DNA of 64,000 bases, taken from NCBI GenBank assembly GCA_049968255.1, contig JBMFRB010000006.1:1034-65033 (forward strand), in the 5' to 3' direction. This DNA comes from Candidatus Sumerlaeaceae bacterium (GTDB lineage: Bacteria > Sumerlaeota > Sumerlaeia > Sumerlaeales > Sumerlaeaceae). Made by a program: the position numbers and the translations under genes. Under the pieces are notes generated by a model that did not search any database, was not told where the DNA came from, and was given only the letters and a program-made list of their open reading frames with translations. The first letter of the stretch is position 1; every line of letters starts with the position of its first letter. Positions 59,297 to 64,000 of the stretch are shown piece after piece.

Positions 59297-61667
59297 AGGT
59301 AGCAAATTCTGGCGTTTATGGCTTTGTTTGCTGAGCTATTGGCTGCTCGCTCTTCCCACAGCTTTGAAAACACTTGGAGGCTATATCCTTGGGCGTGAGC
59401 TGGGCAATGAACTCATAGAAAACGGATTCTATTGGCTACGCCTAGTAAAACAATTGTGGGTAGGCTCGGTCCCGTTATGGGCGCCGCAGGTCCATGCTGG
59501 CTACCCAATCGTCGGCAACGCCAAATTAGCATTGCTCCATCCGTTTACCCTGTGGTGTGTTGCTTTTGAACCTGCAACCGTCCTCAACTTGCTCATGTTC
59601 GCCGCAGCTCCGTTGAGTGCAACCGGCATGTGGCTGTATTGCCGGCGTCTAGGTCTCTCTCGCTTTTCAGGGTGGCTCGCTGGCCTCATCTTTGGGTTTC
59701 ACCCCTATTACGCTGGTCAGGTCTTTGTGTTCGGCAACTGGAGTTTTCTCTTAGCTTACTGGACGCTACCTTACTGCCTCTGGGCGTGCTTTGGCCTATG
59801 CAAAAATGCGACATGGCGCGACGTTGGTGTTTCTGCACTCTTTTTTGGTCTTGTGTTATATTCTCAGCACATTCCTTTGTTTCTCTTAGTACTGTTACTG
59901 GTTACAGCCCAGACAGTTATTTTATCCTATACTCACTGTGCTTTCATTCCATCTATGACCAAACTGCTAGCCGCCCTGTTCCTTGCATTGCTTCTTGGTG
60001 CACCCACTCTGCTGCCGCTCTATCATTTTATCCAACAGACTGGTAACAGCATTCCCATTGATAATGCACGGGACTATCCATTAGCCAGGCTTTTGCCAGA
60101 GCATTTCGTTAGCGCACTATTCCCACGATTTTTCGGCGACGAAATCAACAGTGTGTACTGGGGTCGGCTGTCTTACTCATCTACGGTTATTTATTCTGGT
60201 GTCGTGACGGTCATCCTATGGTTTCTTGCGTTAGGCTATCGTTGCCGTCGAAAGCTGGTTTTGGCTACGTTGGCTGGCTTTGTCATTTGTTTATTTTTGA
60301 GTTCTGAACTTTTACCGGTTTATGGGATTCTGTGTTTGCTTCCAGGATGGCTTCAGTGGACGGTGGCCCCTTCCTTTTTCCTTTTCTTATTTCCTTTTTT
60401 TGCTTCACTGAGTGGTGCTCTTGGATGGGAAGCCATCATGGAACGTCCTGTAACCTGGCGCCGCCGTACCGGTCATGTCCTTCTTATTCTGACGGTGCTC
60501 GCGGCTGGCCTCGGATGGCTTTACTTTGGACGAAGTGGGGGCGGCCTGCTATGGAAATCACTAGTGCTGTCAATAACATCTGACCCACTAAGCAGTCTTC
60601 CGCCTGAACTCATAAATAGAATTCAAGGAAGTGAAAAGTTTTTTGGGGCATGTTTCGACGTGGCCTATGGGTCCGTGGTTTGGTCTCTGCTTTTCCTCGG
60701 GTGTTTTGCTTTGATTCTTATTTTCGGCTTCGCCCGCGATGCACGTCCCCGGGCGGGTACGCTCGCGATTTTCGGTCTCCTTATGGCAGCTGACGTTGTC
60801 GCTTTCTATCATTCGCTGGAGAGTATTTTTCCAACCTCTCTTCTCAATTTCCCAAAGAATGCGGGAGAATATCTCGCAGAGAAATGCAGTCGCGATTACC
60901 GCTGTCTCGCCCCATTGGATCCGGATCTTTGCATGGCGCCAGCGCAATATGGCGTTCGCAATGCGTGGGTTCGTACGCCCTTTGTGTACAAGGATTACCA
61001 CGATCTCGTGCGGGTTCAGGAGCGGCTGGCTTCCTATTATGCGCCTGGGCTGATGATGACACGGCTAACCCCACTCACCCGGGCAATGGGCGTTAGAACA
61101 CTTGTGACGCGCCCGCAGAATGTTTTCCGCGAGGATTCAACTACAGTTACTCTCCAAACTAACCTGGTTTGGGTTTATGAGACGACGAACACACTTCGGC
61201 GCGCGTTTTTTCCTCGGAAGATAGTTGAAACTACACAAAGCATGGTTGCGCTCTTTAATGTTGCCTCCCTTGATTGGCACCCAGAGGATGTGGCTTACGT
61301 TGATGCAAGCAGTCTTCGTGTGCCGAAAGAGCTGTATCAACCTGAGGATACCACTGTCAGTGTGATCGAAGAGAATGGCAGAGGCTTGCGAATCACATTG
61401 TCTGAGGCGACGACCGCAACTTCAATCCTGATTCTTTCTGATATCTACGATCCGTGGTGGAAAGCAAAAGCTGGTTCGACTGAGATCCCCGTAGGGAAAG
61501 CGAATTATGCGTTTCGTGCTCTCCTTCTTCCACCTAAGACTCAGGAAGTCACCCTGTTCTACAATGTTCCGAATCTTACCTTCCTATATGCATTGACGCT
61601 GCTAGGCATAGTGCTTATTATTTCTCTACTGCTGATTAGGACGCCGCAACGCTATGATAAATCGTGA
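59289..61667 (+). CDS. YfhO-family GT-C membrane glycosyltransferase
   Basis: GSVPLWAP...GYP, many TMs, C-terminal LILSDIYDPWWKA...IPVGKANYAFRALLLP; overlaps the upstream gene by 8 nt. Confidence 0.82.
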   Translation: MTEGSKFWRLWLCLLSYWLLALPTALKTLGGYILGRELGNELIENGFYWLRLVKQLWVGSVPLWAPQVHAGYPIVGNAKLALLHPFTLWCVAFEPATVLNLLMFAAAPLSATGMWLYCRRLGLSRFSGWLAGLIFGFHPYYAGQVFVFGNWSFLLAYWTLPYCLWACFGLCKNATWRDVGVSALFFGLVLYSQHIPLFLLVLLLVTAQTVILSYTHCAFIPSMTKLLAALFLALLLGAPTLLPLYHFIQQTGNSIPIDNARDYPLARLLPEHFVSALFPRFFGDEINSVYWGRLSYSSTVIYSGVVTVILWFLALGYRCRRKLVLATLAGFVICLFLSSELLPVYGILCLLPGWLQWTVAPSFFLFLFPFFASLSGALGWEAIMERPVTWRRRTGHVLLILTVLAAGLGWLYFGRSGGGLLWKSLVLSITSDPLSSLPPELINRIQGSEKFFGACFDVAYGSVVWSLLFLGCFALILIFGFARDARPRAGTLAIFGLLMAADVVAFYHSLESIFPTSLLNFPKNAGEYLAEKCSRDYRCLAPLDPDLCMAPAQYGVRNAWVRTPFVYKDYHDLVRVQERLASYYAPGLMMTRLTPLTRAMGVRTLVTRPQNVFREDSTTVTLQTNLVWVYETTNTLRRAFFPRKIVETTQSMVALFNVASLDWHPEDVAYVDASSLRVPKELYQPEDTTVSVIEENGRGLRITLSEATTATSILILSDIYDPWWKAKAGSTEIPVGKANYAFRALLLPPKTQEVTLFYNVPNLTFLYALTLLGIVLIISLLLIRTPQRYDKS

Positions 61668-61686
61668 GTACTGAGGCCGACTATCC

Positions 61687-64000
61687 ATGAATAACCACCC
61701 ACTATCGGATTTACGAAATGACCCGATTCTGTCTTTCGTCCTGCGGAAAGATGGTTTGGGAAGTAAATATTTATACATCGATGTCATCTGGATTACAGTA
61801 CTCTATCCGGCGCTTATTGCTTTTTTGTTGGTGTCGGCGTTTGCTGAAGGAACAGTTCTTTCTGCTGGGGAAGGTGACATTGCCTATAATTGGCTTTGGT
61901 CACGCTATTATTTAGTCGCTGAGCTTAAACAGGGCAGGCTTCCCGTATGGAACCCGTACATTATGTCCGGCACACCGTTTCTTGCGGGGCTGCAGGGATC
62001 TGTATTCTATCCATTGAACATTCTCTTTTTGTTTTCTTCCGTTCCTCTGGGGTTGAATCTGCAGATTCTCACGCATTGGTGGTTGACTTTTGCGGGGTGG
62101 CATCTGCTGGGCAGACGTCTCGGGTGGCAGACTCCTTCATGCGTCATTGCCTCTGTAGCTGCAGGGTTTTCAGGATGGGCAGTGCTGCATTTGTGGCAGG
62201 GACATCTGCACTTTATTTTAGAAATGGCGGCGATGCCTTGGTTGCTGTGGGCCTGGGTAGGCTGGAAGCGGAGTATTCTGAACAACCTGGCCTTCGTTCT
62301 GTGGACTGCTCTCCTGGTTGCGCTACAATTTTCGATCGGACATCCGCAGATTGTTTATTTTAGCTTACTTGTCTTGATTTGGCTCGAAGGAGGATGGTTG
62401 TTCCATTCGCTTGGAAAGGACAAAGTTGCCCAATGCTTCGTGGCCCCATTTATTCTCTTCAGCGCGATAGCGTGTGGTATCGCGATTATGGCGGTACAGG
62501 CTTTCCCGACTCTCGCATACATGCGTGAGACTGTGCGTGGCATTGGCAGAGTCCAAGAAGCGTATTACACGGCAGAGAGTATGCCGTGGAGCAATGTTGT
62601 TACATTGGTTGCGCCTTGGGCCTGGGGAGGATGGCCTGGCCGGGATATCTATGTAGGTAGGGAATCTGTCTGGGAAGTCGTGGGATTCGTCGGAGCAACG
62701 TCAATCGTGCTCGCTTTTGCTCTTTTTTTGAAGCCGCACCTGATTTCGCGATTTCAGTTCACGGTCGTGACTTTGTTCGTGTTTGGCCTCGTGCTTGCTC
62801 TCGGCGGGTACATTGGTTTTTATCCCGTCTTGCGCAAGGTTGTGCCAGGACTCGGGCTTTTCCGAAACCCGGGGCGAGCGCTCTACATTGTGACGATTGC
62901 AACGGCCTTACTTGCTGGGGAGGGGCTGGAGAGGATGCGTCAGCTGGCCAAAGCTGATCGGGCTGAATTCTTGTCTGTTGTAAGCCGTGCGTGGGTTGTT
63001 CTGGCTGGGGCTGTGGCTAGTTTTCTCATACTATTCAGCGACGGCATTCGTAGTCCCATCTTTATGAACCTTCTTATTAGCCGTACGTCTCGCGAGTGGG
63101 TTGCCCAATTGAACCGCGAATCCGTCGTGGAATTGTTTCAAAATTTTCAAATCAATTTGTTGGGGGCGGGGCTGATCGTTGCTTTGGCGCTGGTGTTGCT
63201 GAACCGGTTGCTTTGGCACCACTTTTCGAACGTGGCCTCTTGGGCACTGGTTGGACTTCTTATCTTCGAGCTTACCCAGTTCGCTCGTCCTTATATGAAG
63301 GCTTTTCATCCCGAGCGGCATGAATGGCCACGCCGAGTCCTTGCGTTCTTCCACGACAATGGCCAACGTTATCGAATTACTAGCATACGCACTCCCGCGG
63401 ATCTTAACCAAGGGATGCGCTGGAGAGTTCGCCACGTTTGGGGATATGAGCCAACGGTGACTTATGCTTACGCGTCGTGCATCGCGATGTCGCAAGGGCG
63501 ACCTCCTGGTTTTCCGGAAGCATGGCTCAATGTTTATAAAATTACACCTCTTATCAATGTGCTTGGGGTAAGATATCTTATAGCACCGCCTCGGGCAAAT
63601 TTGAGCGAGTATGGGTGGAAGCCTGTGCTCGACACGATCGAATGCAGTGTTCATGAGAATGAGGCAGCCTTGGCACGGGGATATCTAGTGGGCGGAGCCA
63701 AGGTTGTGGCGTCTGAAGAAGCCCCCCGCGTCGTGAACTCCGAGGATTTTTTGGTCACGGAAACCGTCGTCCTCGAGAAAGAACAGATTAGCGAACTGCC
63801 GACAAGTGTTTCGCTCTCCCGGAAAGATGTGCGTATCGTGGAAGATGGGGTAAGCAAGTTCGTGGCAGAAATTGAATGCGACGCCGACGCGTGGTTTGTA
63901 TTGATGGACGATTTCTTGCCAGGTTGGTCTGCTCAGGTGGATAACGAAACGAGAAAGATTTACCGCGCTAACGCGTGTGGTATGGCCGTGCGTGTGCCTG
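61687..64000 (+). CDS. Second YfhO-family GT-C protein (3'-truncated by the window end; absent from the ORF track)
   Basis: Frame 1 from ATG 61687: GRLPVWNPYIMSGTPFLAGLQGSVFYPLN, GHPQ, and in the same frame at the end LMDDFLPGWSAQVD...IYRANACGMAVRVP. Confidence 0.88.
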   Translation, partial: MNNHPLSDLRNDPILSFVLRKDGLGSKYLYIDVIWITVLYPALIAFLLVSAFAEGTVLSAGEGDIAYNWLWSRYYLVAELKQGRLPVWNPYIMSGTPFLAGLQGSVFYPLNILFLFSSVPLGLNLQILTHWWLTFAGWHLLGRRLGWQTPSCVIASVAAGFSGWAVLHLWQGHLHFILEMAAMPWLLWAWVGWKRSILNNLAFVLWTALLVALQFSIGHPQIVYFSLLVLIWLEGGWLFHSLGKDKVAQCFVAPFILFSAIACGIAIMAVQAFPTLAYMRETVRGIGRVQEAYYTAESMPWSNVVTLVAPWAWGGWPGRDIYVGRESVWEVVGFVGATSIVLAFALFLKPHLISRFQFTVVTLFVFGLVLALGGYIGFYPVLRKVVPGLGLFRNPGRALYIVTIATALLAGEGLERMRQLAKADRAEFLSVVSRAWVVLAGAVASFLILFSDGIRSPIFMNLLISRTSREWVAQLNRESVVELFQNFQINLLGAGLIVALALVLLNRLLWHHFSNVASWALVGLLIFELTQFARPYMKAFHPERHEWPRRVLAFFHDNGQRYRITSIRTPADLNQGMRWRVRHVWGYEPTVTYAYASCIAMSQGRPPGFPEAWLNVYKITPLINVLGVRYLIAPPRANLSEYGWKPVLDTIECSVHENEAALARGYLVGGAKVVASEEAPRVVNSEDFLVTETVVLEKEQISELPTSVSLSRKDVRIVEDGVSKFVAEIECDADAWFVLMDDFLPGWSAQVDNETRKIYRANACGMAVRVP

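Overview
Gene-dense chromosomal segment of a diderm bacterium (LolA, LptE, lipoproteins), mostly around 55-60% GC by eye. It holds about 52 CDSs: housekeeping genes (serS, def, rpsB, tmk, cysS, rlmI, iscS/iscA, fabF/acpP, ftsK, aroF/tyrA, rex, tldD/pmbA, pdxH, rtcB), signalling genes (multi-sensor diguanylate cyclase, HAMP-PAS kinase with a sigma54 NtrC-type regulator, single-domain receiver) and many envelope and glycosylation genes. I found no rRNA, tRNA, CRISPR array, transposase or integrase. Gene style and the C-terminal motif of the first ORF remind me of Sumerlaeota (BRC1); this is an unverified inference. Best leads: (1) a candidate lineage-specific C-terminal sorting signal (SGVADWQLF*) on a choice-of-anchor-X-like protein; (2) a near-complete lipid-carrier glycosylation pipeline with five GT-C-fold enzymes, including a TMEM260/DUF2723 homolog and a GT-C+TPR protein, plus candidate substrates (an IPT-like lipoprotein, Pro/Ser/Thr-rich linkers); (3) a secreted clan GH-A protein lacking both catalytic glutamates; (4) an orphan solute-binding protein with a ~210-aa disordered insertion; (5) a GspC/PilP-like domain fused to an M23 peptidase; (6) an SDR + Gfo/Idh/MocA fusion operon. 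All family calls are motif recognition by eye; no searches were run.
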